Positions 13,201 through 27,116 of a DNA stretch of 64,000 bases are shown piece by piece. Source of the DNA: Amphiscolops sp. MND2022 (lineage: Eukaryota). A program made the translations under genes and the position numbers. The stretch spans positions 61,258,001-61,322,000 of the forward strand of contig OZ076409.1 of assembly GCA_964187785.1 (NCBI GenBank), given 5' to 3'. Numbering within the stretch: position 1 is the stretch's first letter; each line of letters starts with the position of its first letter. The notes under the pieces are model-generated. The model saw nothing but the letters and a program-made list of their open reading frames with translations. It ran no database searches and was not told the origin of the DNA.

Positions 13201-14872
13201 ATACGACGAAAAGCCAGTACTTTAGTCCCGTTTTATTGCATAAAGGGTCGACCAAAAAGAAAAGAACCGGACGCTTTCAGTTTTGTTTAAAAATTTGACA
13301 AATATGCAGCCACAAACTCCCGAATTTCATCGATTACCTCAATGTGGATCATGCATTCATACTGGTCCAAAAAGTTCAGCAACACTGGACGTTGATCGGT
13401 AAAACGTTAGACAATATGCAACTTTCCTGCGACATAATACTTGAATGGAACGAAAAAAGCAACAAACGTTTGAAAAGTTTGGAAAATAAATCAAATAAAA
13501 AATGATAAATTTTTTGAAATTCGGAATTTCTCTCTAGTGTCATTTATCTTTGCCGAACTGGAAGAACCACCTAGATTCCAAAAAATGCTTTCCTTGCCCG
13601 GATCTTTCTTGAGAATCTTGAGAATCGCCCAAGAGATTGCAACTTAATTGATTTTCCTTGGAAATCTTGAAGAGATAATTGCAATCAATGAAACCCTTGC
13701 AATGATCTTGCAAAGAAAGGCTTTTTTCCTGGCAAGACGACAACATTCACTTGAAAGAGTTCAGAAGTGTTGGATTCCCTTGTAGGCTTCTTGTAAAAAG
13801 CATATGTACTTACAAAGTCTTTCAAGGAATGCATCAAATGTAGGAATTTTGCGAAAATTTTTGCAAAGGTTACATATTGCCCCAACTAGTAATACTTTGT
13901 ATCAAACGTTTCTAACCCACACAACGCTGATTCTGACTTTGAAGACTCCTTAGTTCGATCCGATCTCTTCCCAATTTGATCCAAGTGAACACCTGAATAA
14001 TCGGTTTGTTTCTTTTTAAAAACAATGCTGTCAAAAACGAAGGGAAAGGTTGAACTCCACAAAAAGGTCACTAGCAGTAATTATGATAATTGTGGATAAT
14101 GATGGTAAAAATTTACTGACAGACTTTACATACTTTTGCTTATTTTAGGACGTTTCTAATTAGAAAATTGTCCTTCTAAAAGCACGATGACTATCTCTGC
14201 ACTCGAATTCATTACTTCGAATTCATTTCATGCCTAAAAGATCCCGGAATTTCCAAGAATCGACAACGTGAAATTAGAGAAAAAAACGACTTTACGCTGT
14301 TTTTCTTCAATAATTCCATTTTGAAACTTAACGATGGAATCTTTGAATCAAGGCACGAAATGTATTGAAAATTTCACTAGAGACTTCTGACTTGATTGGC
14401 TTTCATTTTTTACGCAAAAGAAAAAAAAATCTGACTTTCTAGAAACTCTCAAAACTTTTGGGCAAATTATGACCCCATTGGAGCTTACCAAATGTCTCCA
14501 TTCCAAAACTTTGATAGTTTTCTCATATGTTTCGAAAACATTCTAAAGTGTCTGTTTCAAAAATGAACCACCCTGGTGAATGCACAACTCCATGAACGCT
14601 TTAAATGCACTTATTTCCAAGCAGTGGGTAGCATCAGTTCAGATGAGTTTTTTCTAAACTCATTTGCGCCATGTGCGAATATGGTCGATTGTTCGTTTTG
14701 ACGTGAAAACCGAATCTTTCAAATGCATGATTCATTTTTTAACTGACTCAATTTTGTATATCTCATAAGTGTTTTTTTGCCAATACATCCATACAGTGTT
14801 TCAACTTGGTCTGTCTTACTAGAATCGGGTAGGTGAAAGGCTTTTTAAAACAATGTCTGGAAATATTTTTAG

Positions 14873-14993
14873 GATATTTCGACAATACCAAAAACGCCAG
14901 AGGACTCAATGAATGTAATATTACACAAGACGAATTATATGCAACTTGCTTTAAAACGGTATTATCGGCAAATAATGCAAGTCAAAACAAAGG
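14873..14993. repeat. ~120-bp diverged direct repeat, partner at ~20677-20793; possible LTR remnants bracketing the Bel/Pao element
   Basis: Shared GACTCAATGAATG...AATTATATGCAACTTGCTT...TATCGGCAAATA...GTCAAAACAAAG. No PBS or PPT confirmed. Confidence 0.45.
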
Positions 14994-15023
14994 AACTGGA
15001 GGATTGAACTTCCATGTCAGCTT

Positions 15024-18000
15024 TTAATGAATCATTATCGAAGGCGCTTTTTGATTCCAACATTGAATACAAGTACAAAGCTCTTTCTCCGCACCCACGG
15101 AGTTAGTGCCGTTATTCGACCATATCACTGATAGGGTACCACGACGAGCAATGAATCTCCCAATGCCCATCACACAAGCGCTAGTGTCCCAGGAGGAGAC
15201 GATTTCCAGATGTACAGCGCGTTTGGTCAGGCATGTAACGAAGAATGACCAACGTATTCCAGATGAACGTTGCACTTTAATGGACAAAAAACCGAAGTGG
15301 TGGATGAGGAAGATTGAAGTGCTAACCGCTCTTCAGGCAAAGCGGCTAACATTGGAGTCAAGGCCTGTGCTTTGCGCTTGTTACAGACAAGACATTCGCC
15401 TTCAACTTTGCGGTGCATTCGACGTAACCTCAGGACAAGGAAACGTTGTTGCACTTGTGACCTCAAAAAATCAAGTTCTTGATGATGATGACATTTGTGT
15501 AAGTTCTCAAGCATCAAAGGTACGACTGGATGTAAACCATCTAAAATTATTGGACGTTTCGTGTCAGCCTCATCAGTCCTCTGGGTACGACGAAACGTGA
15601 GAACGATGGGACACGGCTTGTGTTAGCGATCAACTTCTCTTTAAACAAACAATTGAATGCTTCTCCCAACAATTCTCTCTGCGAGAGAAGCACTTTCTCT
15701 TCTGCCAAACTTATTTCAACCGAGCTGGTGATTTTTTAGTCACGAGAAAGGAAGAGCGATGCTTTGGTTAAAGATGCAGAATGCAAGCTCTTATGCCAAC
15801 TATTTTCGAGTAGCGGCTGTATTTGATCCAACCAAACACAACCTGTATTTGCTGGTGATTCGACGTGACGGGCGCCAACAATTGCTGATCAGCCTTTTTT
15901 TCTTGATGCTTTGCAAAACCGTCTCATCCACTTGAAAGGGGAAGTCGGATGTTCGGAGAAACTCTGGTCCAGTGAACCAATTACTGACTTTCCGCTCTCA
16001 GCAGAAACTCCTCTGGTACCGGCATCGGCTGAATGGTCCACTGATATGTAGCTCCTCTGATTCACAGTTGTGAGATCAAGTATTTCACTGACACGATTTG
16101 CAATGATATTCGGTTGTTTCTCGGAAATGTTCAACTATTGCACCACCGTTGTTCTGTCAGTCCATAAATCGCAGCAGGTCCAAAGTCCATTGAGGAAATT
16201 TCCAGCTAACTCTTTGGGATGTTCGTTGTCCGACTCCTAGCCGGATAAACGACAGATATCTTCCAGGATGCGGCGTGCTTTGACTGTGAATGGAGACCGA
16301 TAGGATCGAAGACTGAAGCATTCAAACTGAATACAGATCATTGAGTTAGCGGCGTCTGCACAGTACGATTTGTTCCCCGATTTACAATCAGAGTATCAGT
16401 GGCATGGTTCCACTTCAATTATAAATTTTTTCGACAGCAAGAGTTGCGTTGCGGTACGATGATTCGTTGTCAGTAGCTTTACGGCGTAATGCGTGATTAG
16501 CACACGTCGGCGAGTCTTTGGACCCGATAATGTGTCGCGTGTATTGAAGCACAACAATTTTGTTGGTGAAGACTTCCCGCCCCAAAAATTGAAGTGACAG
16601 TTAATCGGAAGGCAAAACTCGCACTTGCAAAAACAACGTTCGATGTCTGTAGATACAGCGAAGCGAACTTCGCGGAAACGAATGACAACGTGCAGAGACG
16701 GCTCCGTTCAAAACTCTGAGAACTTCATCGGGCTTGTATGGATTTACGGAAGGTGCGGTGGGTACCATTCACGAGGATTTGTAGCATCATAAACAGTTCA
16801 ACGATGTAACTATGGGCAAAGTCATCGTGTATGGTTTTCGATATCATCTTGCTTTCAGCTCCGGGTCTTTCGCGAGACGTTTCTCGAGTGACCCTAACTG
16901 AATTAAAGCAGAAAAACAAGTGTCGGGAAGAGGTTCGTCAGTTGCCCACAAACATCCCAACTTGATAGCGGCGTCCGCCATCGTTGAATGTTGTTTCTTG
17001 TAGAGTTTTTCAAGCTGGCTCATTAAACGATGAACACGGGTCCACGTGCTTAAAAGCTCAAAAGATTCCAAATCATACCAAACAAGTACTAGCTCAGTCA
17101 AGTTTCCGGTTCTCACATTAGCTTTGGAACGTCGAATTCACACAAGTGGTCGAAGGAAGAGGCCCGCCCAAAACCCATTCCAACATAATACGAATGGCTA
17201 TCGGTGAGTTCTTCAAAACCGTTCCGAAGTTCTCTCAAGAAGGGATGACTGCAAAAGCGTCCGTAGCAAGTAGAAACTCAACATCAGCGTAGTTGTATGC
17301 TTCAGAGCTCAAGAGCGCAAGATGTTGATACTCTTGTTGAAGGGCAGATACATTGATGAAGTCTTGCCCAGCGTTGATAATTTACTTCACGTGAGGCGTT
17401 AATTGATAGACTCCGTTGTGTTCGCCAACTAAAGTGGACATTTCCAAGTCGACTGTTTCACCGTTGACTGTCTCTTGAGATTTGATTCGATTGATTGAAA
17501 GTGATTTTGATTGTATGACCTCGAACGTTTAGTTTGTCTGCAACCTTCAACGTCACACAAGAATGATTGCAAACGGTATCACAAAGCGCCATAGTGGTTT
17601 CTGAACCTTCAACTGAAAGTAACTTCACTCTCAAAATTGTCCACAGTCCCTTTACATTGGGGACGGCCGAGGCACTTGTGGATGTTTTGGCTTTTGGAAG
17701 CACAGGAACAGCGTTAGTGACATTGGCACTGGAATTGGAATCAGGGCGCACTGAGAGCGTGTTGCGCTGTTTGCTGAGGACCACGCGTTCCGCGCTTTGC
17801 AAAAAGGCCGCTATGTGTTATGGCCGCTGTTGCAACCGTCTTCTGTACATTTTTTAGGATGCTGACAGTTGCGTTATCCGTGGTTAACGATAAAGCAGCA
17901 AAAACATAGTTGGTTTTTCGACAGCACTTTTGCCCGCTGGGTTAGTTTCTTCTCTTTAAAAACTGTTCCATTCTAATGGCCGTTATTTCCTTTACAGACA

Positions 18001-19250
18001 ACGCAAGGGGAAAGCTTTTTTGTTGCAGAAGCTACTCCGACCTTATTAGTTTTCCGATGCTCAGTAGTGGAGACAAAAACTTTGGAAGTTGCTTCAATCC
18101 AGCTGACGGAAAAGGACTTTTCAAAGGATGCTTTTTTAAACAACTCGCATACTCTCATCAGCCGTAGCTTTTTCTTGAAGCTGCGTATTGAAATTATGCG
18201 ATGTCGGTCGGAGAAGACCTTTTTAAACAGTATGGAGCCACCATCCTTCGTTCAAGTCGACGATAACTTGGGCACAGCTTGATTCAAAATTACTTCTCAG
18301 ATCAGCATCGTAACAAATAGATTGGAAAACACCCAATAGACTCGTTATGAAGGAAGCGTAACCATTATGATAGAATGGTTGCTGAAACTTTGCTCTCCTT
18401 TGCAGGAACATTCGACAACTGTGTATCATTCTCATCGCCCATGTTCTGAGCGCTGAGATCATGCAGAGATTGTGAAGTACTGATTACCCACTTTTCAGTG
18501 CGACCTTCCTCGAGAGCCACATCAAAGTCACGATCACAGGCTACTTCACTGTGTTGGGTGCTCTCAGCTTCTCTTTCCTATTCAAACTCAAAGATTTTGG
18601 CTTTGGATTTTTTGCCTATTACTTTCTTCTATGTCCTCTAAAGGCAACCAATTGTTAACTTCCTGTAGTCACAGGGCGCCCTCATTTTCTTTTTCGACTT
18701 CCTCACGTCACAGTTTAGCAAGCGCAAAGTTTTTTTTGTTTTGAATGGATGTTTTGGAAGTGGACGAATACACTTTACTGGTACCATTTGAAGTAATTCT
18801 CGTTGCTCTGTAGCCCTTGCGGTACTATTAGGGTCTTCTGGGCAGTCTAAGTACTTTCGAGCATCTTCTAATTAAATGTGATTATGTCTAGTGATCGCGT
18901 CCACCCAGTCTACAAGTTCATTCGTAAACATTTCTTTCTCCTCGGTCTCTTTCGCTAAATGTAACAATTCATCGTTTTTCGCGATTGCTGCATCTAAGAA
19001 TTTATGACAAGTGGCAACTGCTTTTTCAAATCTAATTCTCCGAACGCCCTTCCGGATGGCTTCCTCTATGTCGAGTTGGGCCTTTTTCAATTATCTTTCT
19101 ACTTTCAATTTTGCCTCAAAAAAGCTTCAACACCTTCTCAAGGGGGTCAGCTGATATCACCGAACTATTTTGATCAACGTATATTTGTGATCGCATGGTA
19201 CACTTCGAAAAAACTCAAATCATGGAAGGAGCTCATATTGTGATTTTTCT
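15024..19250 (-). mobile_element. Decayed Bel/Pao LTR retrotransposon internal region (gag, protease, part of RT, RNase H end, integrase)
   Basis: Fragments in minus-strand order: gag knuckle CVVCKGNNGH; protease ALCDTVCNHS; LWATDEPLP...LEKRL; IANRVSEILDLT; Zn finger CLVCNKRKA; integrase TCLTKRAVHLEIV...RFIARRG...WSNNGTNSVGA. Many stops and frameshifts. Confidence 0.9.
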
Positions 19251-20918
19251 TTAACCCGACAATTAACTTGGGTCACCGACAAACACCAGAAACGGAAAGT
19301 AGTTTTTGACTTGGATTCGATTGCAAGATGTTTGCAATGTCAATTTCAAACAATTTGTGGCAAGAAAAAAAGTCGAGAGAGTACAAAGGATATGAGGCAC
19401 ACAAAAGTGCTTGACGTATACCCCAGTAACGAATCCGGACCACGGGCCAGCCCAAAGGTACAGCCAGAGATAATTTAGGAAAACGCAAGAACGTTTGGCG
19501 GTAACCGGGGGTTAAAACCTAACGAAATCGAAGCATAAGTTTGAAAATTTGAAGGCAAAAATTGCTCAAAACCCCTCCGTAACTAAAAAGATAACCTCAG
19601 ACACAGAGAAATACTAAACTAAAATTAATCTCTATCTAGCAATTGATTCAGGTTCGTTCAGCGACGGCTTCTATTAAGTTTTTTGGGACGGCTCTCCGAA
19701 CAAGAGCTGGAAGTTTTTCACTAAATTTTAGAATCAAAGTCAGGGATTTCAACTCTAGATCATGGAATTGATGATGCATTCAGTATTATTTGAAGAGCTT
19801 TGTCTTGAGAGCTTTTCTTTCAGAATTCAAGTCTTTCAAATTGTGAACAGTGGAAACTGTGTTTTTTAATGGATTCAACTATATCAAGCACACCTTGTCT
19901 CTTCGGTAAAGTATAGCTTTTATTCCGTCACGGGAAGTTTTGTAATTGCTGCGCGGTTTTGAGATTATTCCGTTACTAGGGTGTTTACTCGAAGAATTGT
20001 TGAATACTTCGTGCCAAGCAGGTATGTCACGTTTGCTTTTGAAACAGTTTCTGAGTAAAAACTGCACTGTTTTCATCTTGTTCACTGCGTTAGGATTGCA
20101 GCTAAGTGCGTGATTAGTAAACACTCGGGAAGCGAGACGCTTCTGAGTTTTTTTCGACAAACTTTCCAATGCGTCATGGAGTGAACTTGATTCTAGTAGG
20201 AAAACCATATTTTTTTCGGAGGGGAATTAAGAAAAACAAAATTTGAGGAAAACCAACCGCACCGACCTGATTTTTTCTTCTCTGACGTTGACTTACATTA
20301 CACACTAACTATTAAAATTCGAACAATTTATGCACCGAGAGCGTTCATGAGAGTTTTCGATTTCGAAATTCATTATTTAATTTTTTCATGCTTTTCAAGC
20401 TTTCCTGAATTCGGTTTGGACTTATCTGCGAAGCAGGTGTGACTTTCGGGGTGAAAGTGTTGAACTGAATTGCTTCAATTTCGGAGATGGACGTCGGGGT
20501 TGAGGCTCCACATCAACGAGGTTCAGAAGATGTTCCACATCAACCCCAGTAGGAGCCAGAAATTTGGATTGACAAAAATTCCGGGGTCGCGGCCCCAAAA
20601 AGGTTTCAACTTCGTCTGTTTTACTCAATTCGGCCAGGTGAAACCCTTTTCAAAACCAAGTCTGAATTTCGATTCAGAATATTTTGACAATACAATAATG
20701 TCCGAAGACTCAATGAATGCAAAAAATAAGACTAATTATATGCAACTTGCTTCAGAACGGCCTTATCGGCAAATAGGAGATGTCAAAACAAAGCAACAGC
20801 AGACTGTTTTGTAATGTTTACGAATACGTTAGTTAATTGAAACACATACGATCAGAGGACAATGGAAAAGGTTACTTAACAAACTAGACGATAAAACGAA
20901 AAAGTAGTACATCCGATA

Positions 20919-21118
20919 NNNNNNNNNNNNNNNNNNNNNNNNNNNNNNNNNNNNNNNNNNNNNNNNNNNNNNNNNNNNNNNNNNNNNNNNNNNNNNNNNN
21001 NNNNNNNNNNNNNNNNNNNNNNNNNNNNNNNNNNNNNNNNNNNNNNNNNNNNNNNNNNNNNNNNNNNNNNNNNNNNNNNNNNNNNNNNNNNNNNNNNNNN
21101 NNNNNNNNNNNNNNNNNN
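20919..21118. other. Assembly gap (200 N)
   Basis: Run of exactly 200 N. Confidence 0.99.
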
Positions 21119-24100
21119 GAAAGAAATTCGGAAATATCACGACTGCTAAAAATACCAAAAAGTCAAATTCTACATCTTATTAACTTTTTTATGAATATTT
21201 AGTACCGTTTTTGATTGTTTTCATGGTTACTATAAAAATGCATTTCCACAACGAAACGAAAAGCTATCTAACATGCCTTTCAGACCAAAAAATCTCATGT
21301 TTTTTGATGCATTTCAACTCGGACAATTTTGAAGGTTTTTTTAAGACTGAACAAATACAAATTGCGAAAACAAAATTTTTGTTTGTTTGGGATGTATGTT
21401 AAACAAACTTCCGAAATTTGTTTTTTAAAAGCCCAAGAAAAAGATTTATAATTTTGACGATTATGCTACTTTTGTTCGAGTTTTGGATGATTCGATAGTA
21501 ATACTACACAGAGGTGGAAGACAGAAATGTACTAACTCGGCAAACTTTTGAAGAGAGAAAAACTTTGAAATGCACAGAATACTTTTCTCTCGTTGATGTT
21601 AATCATTTTTGTTTAGTTTTTCGATGCTAATAGAGATTATTTTACACAAAGTTGCATAACAAAAAATTTACTTTCCAGACTGCTTTCCATTTTTTTGAAA
21701 CCTTTCAAGTCTTTGGAACAAAATATTTTTCACTAACACCTGATGACAGAGATTTTCATTTCTGTCTTTCCCCATGCTATACCTGGATCAAGTTCTTCGT
21801 TTCTACATTACTGATATGTTCAAAGGAACAAAACATGGCGTTGGGCAAAACGAAAAAGCAACTGCGACGAGTCAGTTTTGCAACTTCGACCATGAACCGT
21901 CGAAACCACATTACGGTATATATGCAGCAACGAAGTAGCAAGTTCTTGCTATATCTCGATTAACAGCTAATAATAAGTTATTAACCTAATTACTCGTTAC
22001 GTGTTTTGCTCTTTAAACTCATGTGATTCGGCGCTACACCTAGTGATTAAAATACAGTACATGACTTTTCATACTTTATTTAATTACTCACTTGAATAAT
22101 TTTCAATTTGCACACATAGAGAGAAATATATAGAGGGAATTTGCACACATAGGATTATATTACACTTTAATCAAGTGGCACTTGGCTACAACTGTGGTGT
22201 CGTACCTTGCATAGTGTCAACTCCTTCGGGTTCTACAACTTGTGACGCGGGATTTGGGAATCGAAACATCATCTTTCTGCCTAACGTTCCTCTGCTTCAT
22301 TCAATCGTTTACCTTTTTCGGAAACTTTCTTTTTTCGAGCTTTCGATAGCAAAACAATCAACGTTTTAGAGTATTTTTCAAAACAATTGTTCAAAGTCAT
22401 TTAAATTATTCAAATGATGATTTAAATGGTCATTTAAATGATTTTTTTTCAATAATGAGAATATACTGAACCAAAAAGTTTTAAATTTCTACAGTAAATT
22501 TGTAATCTTTAAACACTATTGGGCTGGTTTTGTGGGTATGAATTTCCACAGGATTGAAGGTCATATCAATGAGCAGCTTAGCATACTCTTGAATGAAAAA
22601 TACTTAGTAAGGTAGTCAAAACAAAAGGGATAATTTGAACCCGAATCTTTCAGAAGGTTTCAAATTTCTCAAACTTGTTTTAGCAATTACGTCCTTCAAT
22701 CATGTTCAGGAATGAGCTGAATTGCTAAAACAGTTCGGACATAAAATATCCCGCTGCTCAGCACGACTCTTCAAACAAGTTGGATATTGTTTGAATGTAT
22801 TCGCTATAGCGAATATCTCTAGAAATTTTTAACAGAATTTTAACTGTATTCTATAGAAATTGAATTTACTCAAGATTCCATTCGTTTTTTATTCTCGTTT
22901 GCCGAGTCAAGATCGCAAACACGTTCTTTTCAAGGAGTTCAAGAATAGGAATGAAATTTTATTGAAACTTTTCACAGTTTAAATGACACCACTCTTAGAA
23001 CTTTTAACCATTTTCCAACGATAGAAAATTGCGAATACAATTGAGTTCGACATTGAAACTTAACTCTTTGAATTCTGCGTTAACTAATGACAAAGCTTTC
23101 GTTACAACTAAGCAAATGATTTTTTCTGGCGTTATAAAAAGTTAGATAACGTTAGTGAAAAGCGAATACAGCCAATGGAACCCAAAAAAGCTCTATTCAA
23201 TGTTATCGATTGAGACAATAGTTTTCCTGAAATTTCACTTTCGAATCGAAAACTTATCTGAAACTTGATCATTCGTCAAACGTCATATTTTCAATTCATA
23301 CAAAGGGGGTTAAAAGTGGGTAAACAATTTTGAATACTAACAATCAAACATTCGAACAAGGTAGAGATTTCGGACAAAATCTTGAATCAAGAATATCTTG
23401 CATGCCAATCTTTAAAATGTGAGACAAAAATGTGATGTTTTTTGAGGTGGATTGATTTTGGTTCACCAGAAGTTTTACAATTTCAATGTAAATCTGCTCG
23501 AATCAATAGAACTGGAAATTAAAAATAATTTCAATTTTTTTCCAAACATGAGCTCTGGAAAGATAACGGCACTGTCCTTTGAAGAAATCGTGTTCAGCTA
23601 TGAGTTTACCGTCTAAGCGATTTTCTTCATTTCATGATTATACATCATTTCCACCTAACATGTTTTATTTGTTGACCTGCTTTGTTCGAAGTATTGATCA
23701 GCTAATGATTTTTCAAAATGAACAAAAAAATTTTAAAATGTTTTAGTCGAGCTTTGAACTTTTGACTGTTGATGAATTTTATAATTAAACTTTAAAAACA
23801 GCAACCGTGATTCCAAAGAAATTGTTTTTGCTATTTTCTATGTTTTCATTCTTTCGACTGCTTGGTACAAAATCAAGAAGAAAATCTATGCAAAGATAAT
23901 TCAATTAGCTAACCTGGACATTTATATTTGACCCCATAATCAAAAGTAATAGTAACATTATCTTGTTTATGCCATCTAGGCTAATCTAGCTCTTCAAATG
24001 GGAACTATTTGCAGCTTTCAACATCGAAAAGTCAATGCAAGATTTTCATCGCAAAAACTTGAAATTAAGAAACTTTCATTGGGTATTAAAAATTCAACGA

Positions 24101-24292
24101 TTCTGCGTTTTGGGCTATTTTTATTTCCCCTTTATAAAAAGCCTGGATTTGAAGAAAAGCCAAGAATAATCATTTCTTGTACATAGTTCAATCCAGGCTT
24201 CAGGGATTGATTTGAAAATTATTGGAAAGTTCCACTTTGTTTCTTAAATAAAGTCAACGGAGTCAGGAGTTTTTTCACATATACGTAACATG

Positions 24293-24791
24293 AACAAGCC
24301 GAGAACGGCCAAAGTCGGCGCTATATCTAAGGCTCAAAATTGTAAAAAGGGGGACTCTTTGGGTTTTGTGAAACTCCAGCTGGTGGCAAAATATGAAAAA
24401 AATGAATTGAACAGTGTCACAGTGTCGAAAAATGTAAAAGGGGGACCCTTTGGAATTTTCTGACATCCATTGTGTTTTAAAATATCGAAACAAATAAAGG
24501 GGGGACCCTTTGGTGCAATCCAAAAAGTTTCAAAAAAAGTCGCATAGTGCCGAAAAAAAGTGAGGGGGGGAGGCTTAGGGGAGATCGTTAGTGTGTTGTC
24601 GAGGTTCTGTTTGTTTTGTTTTCTTTTTCGTTTTGGACGCGCTTCTTAGGTTCGCCAAGTTGTTGAAGAAAGGAACTGAACAAAGAACAAAAAGAAAAGA
24701 CACAGAAAGAAAAGTGGAACTTTCGTGTCTAAAAAAAACTACCCACTGCAAGAGTCGGGCACATTTTCTACTAAAATGCGCCGACTAAAAA
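24293..24791 (-). mobile_element. Family A HINE/DINE-1-like element, complete ~500-bp copy
   Basis: On +: AACAAG, hairpin GCCG-AGAA-CGGC, subTIR AGTCGGCGC, then terminal fold-back AGTCGGGCACATTTT-CTACT-AAAATGCGCCGACT and AAAAA. No TSD. Confidence 0.75.
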
Positions 24792-25359
24792 CAGGACCTA
24801 AGAGAAAGTAACATTCCAAAAATATTCATTTGGATTCACAAAAATGCAAAAGCATTTCCCTATACAATTACGTTCATCACAATTCATGATCAGAGACCGT
24901 AAAAAAAGTTTTTACTTTTTTTAACTTTTTTAAATTAATTTGGGTAATTTATTTTTAATTTTTCTTTTACTTTTTTGCATAATTTGGACAAGTTACGTAC
25001 AAATTTTGCTGCAGCTGCGCAGTGGCCATTGCGACACAGATATAGGTCATCTGTCATTTCTGAGAAATAATTGTACGAGCAATGATGCTGTCTCAGCCTA
25101 GCAGCTAAACTGGACCCGGAGTGCATCAATGATTGAAGACAACCAAGGACAGCATCTACCCCAGTTCTCAAAATTGTCAATAAGAAGCCTCAATCATCCA
25201 ATTTGTCTGTGAAAACTTATGCAAACACTTTTGATGATGATCTGTTTGATTTGTTGTTTAAAGAAGTCATGTAAATATTTTGAACAATACCTTTAGAATG
25301 AATTTGCATTATACGCCACAGAGGGTCTAGATTAGGTCAAAACTTAAGCTTTACTGCTT

Positions 25360-25920
25360 AAAAACTCATTAGAAGACTAATTGCTTGTAAATAATACCAG
25401 TTTCTCAATATGAAAAGGGGAAGGGGGCACTGGTGGAGCATTTTAGTGTTAAATATATCTGTGATAGAGCAATTGAAATGATGTAACATGTTTGTCAATA
25501 AGTACTGGTACAAAGTGTCTAAACCTTGAGTTTGTCTAGCTTCATTGCGTGAAGCCATAGTAAAACGAAACAGTTGACTTTTCTAAATTCATCATTCATC
25601 AATTTACATTCATCCCTCAATTGTTTTCGACTTCATTGAGTTCATCGTCAACATGGCGTCTTCCTCGTCAACTTCATCGTCACACCCTGTCGGACTGCCG
25701 GTGTTGCAAACCCTCCGATGGATTGGGACAAGTGGTTTGACCTGTTTCAAGTGGCCTTGATGACCAAATATCCCAATTCAGTCACCGAATTGTCGCGAGA
25801 AGCGAATCAGCAAAACCCCAGGGTTCGTGCTCTTCTTGGGGATTTTGACGAAAATTCTGCAAACAAAAACTCATTAGAAGACTAATTGCTTGTAAATAAT
25901 ACCAGTTTCTCAATATGAAA
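25360..25920 (+). repeat. 449-bp copy of 28279-28722 inserted between two identical 56-bp direct repeats
   Basis: Direct repeats at 25360-25415 and 25865-25920. Insert 25421-25864 matches 28279-28722 with about 6 substitutions. Confidence 0.9.
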
Positions 25921-26248
25921 TAATTAAATGATCATTTGTGCTAATGACTATGCGTCATTATGCGGTTTGAGCCTTGCCGTACTTGTAATTATGAGTTTTT
26001 TGTATTTGAACTATGATGCATCCTGCGGATTGATGCCAGACGATTCCTCATCACTATGCGGATTAACACTATGCGACATCCTGCGGTTCGACGAGTGACG
26101 TATACTCGTCAGTACGCGTTTTTTAGCCTAATAACCATTCAAAAAAGACAGTGCATTTATACATTTGAAATATATTCGAACATACGCGCTATACAGCATA
26201 TTGTGCAAGTTTTTCCAGAGTTTCTAGGATCTATCCATCAACTTTGAT

Positions 26249-27116
26249 TGTAATATAAATATCCTGACGTAATGGTGACGCTATTCTACTTTTGTATCCC
26301 AGGCTTGTTTGACTTCTCTAAAAAAAGGAGTGTCATGCTTTTAGTTTTGCAGAAGTAGAGTCACTATAATTTTGGAATTATTCCAATTTCAACTCTCACT
26401 GCAATCAGTTGCTAAATCTTCCATTCTGGCAACGTTGTACAAGCAATTTTTTTCAATAACTGTTCTGTCTTCATCACCGTCTTTTGTATCTAAGATACTT
26501 CGACCTGATTCAAATTCTTCCCCAGCAACCAAAATACTTTTTTCACTTGAGTATAATGGGAAACAAGAGGAATCGAAAGTCTAGAAGACTTGAAACCCCG
26601 TCTTCAGGCAGGTAAGTAGAAGTACCTCAAGTAGAAACGCCTAACACAGGTATCGGAACTTTAACTAACCTTAATAATGAAGTTCAAGAAAATTTAGGTG
26701 AAAACAACTCAGAAAATCAGTTGACCGAATCTACTCACATCAGTAACGAAATTCAAGCTTGGACCGAAACAATGGAACAGAAAAACAGTGATAGGATAGA
26801 AAAAATTAGAGAAGAAATGGACAACAATTTGAAGTAATTCTGAAAGAGGTCAAGTCTAACAAAAGTATATCGACGGTAACAAACCCCAGATCAGATGTTA
26901 CTGAAATACACGATTCACAACCCTCGGGGTCCAAAATGAAAAAGTCTATGGGAGTTCACGCATCTAACAACGAGAATTCAGATTCTGAAAACGACGATTT
27001 TCCTCTAAGAGCTTCAAAAATGGAATACTTGAAACACCCTGCAAAACCCTTATTCCAAAACTAACCAGATGTAACGATACTTGCAAACGAAGAATCAGAT
27101 GAACAGCATTCTCACA
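26249..27116 (+). mobile_element. Probable solo LTR containing a decayed gag-like N-terminal ORF
   Basis: TGTAAT...CTCACA ends, flanked by GAT on both sides. A reading frame from ATG 26556 (MGNKRNRKSRRLETPS...WTETMEQKNSDRIEKIREEMDN..., with stops and a frameshift) runs to the terminal CA. Confidence 0.5.

Noticed and set aside
15106..15600. 164-aa plus-strand ORF
   Set aside because: Antisense shadow of the Bel/Pao integrase.
20829..21158. ORF spanning the N run
   Set aside because: Artefact of the assembly gap.
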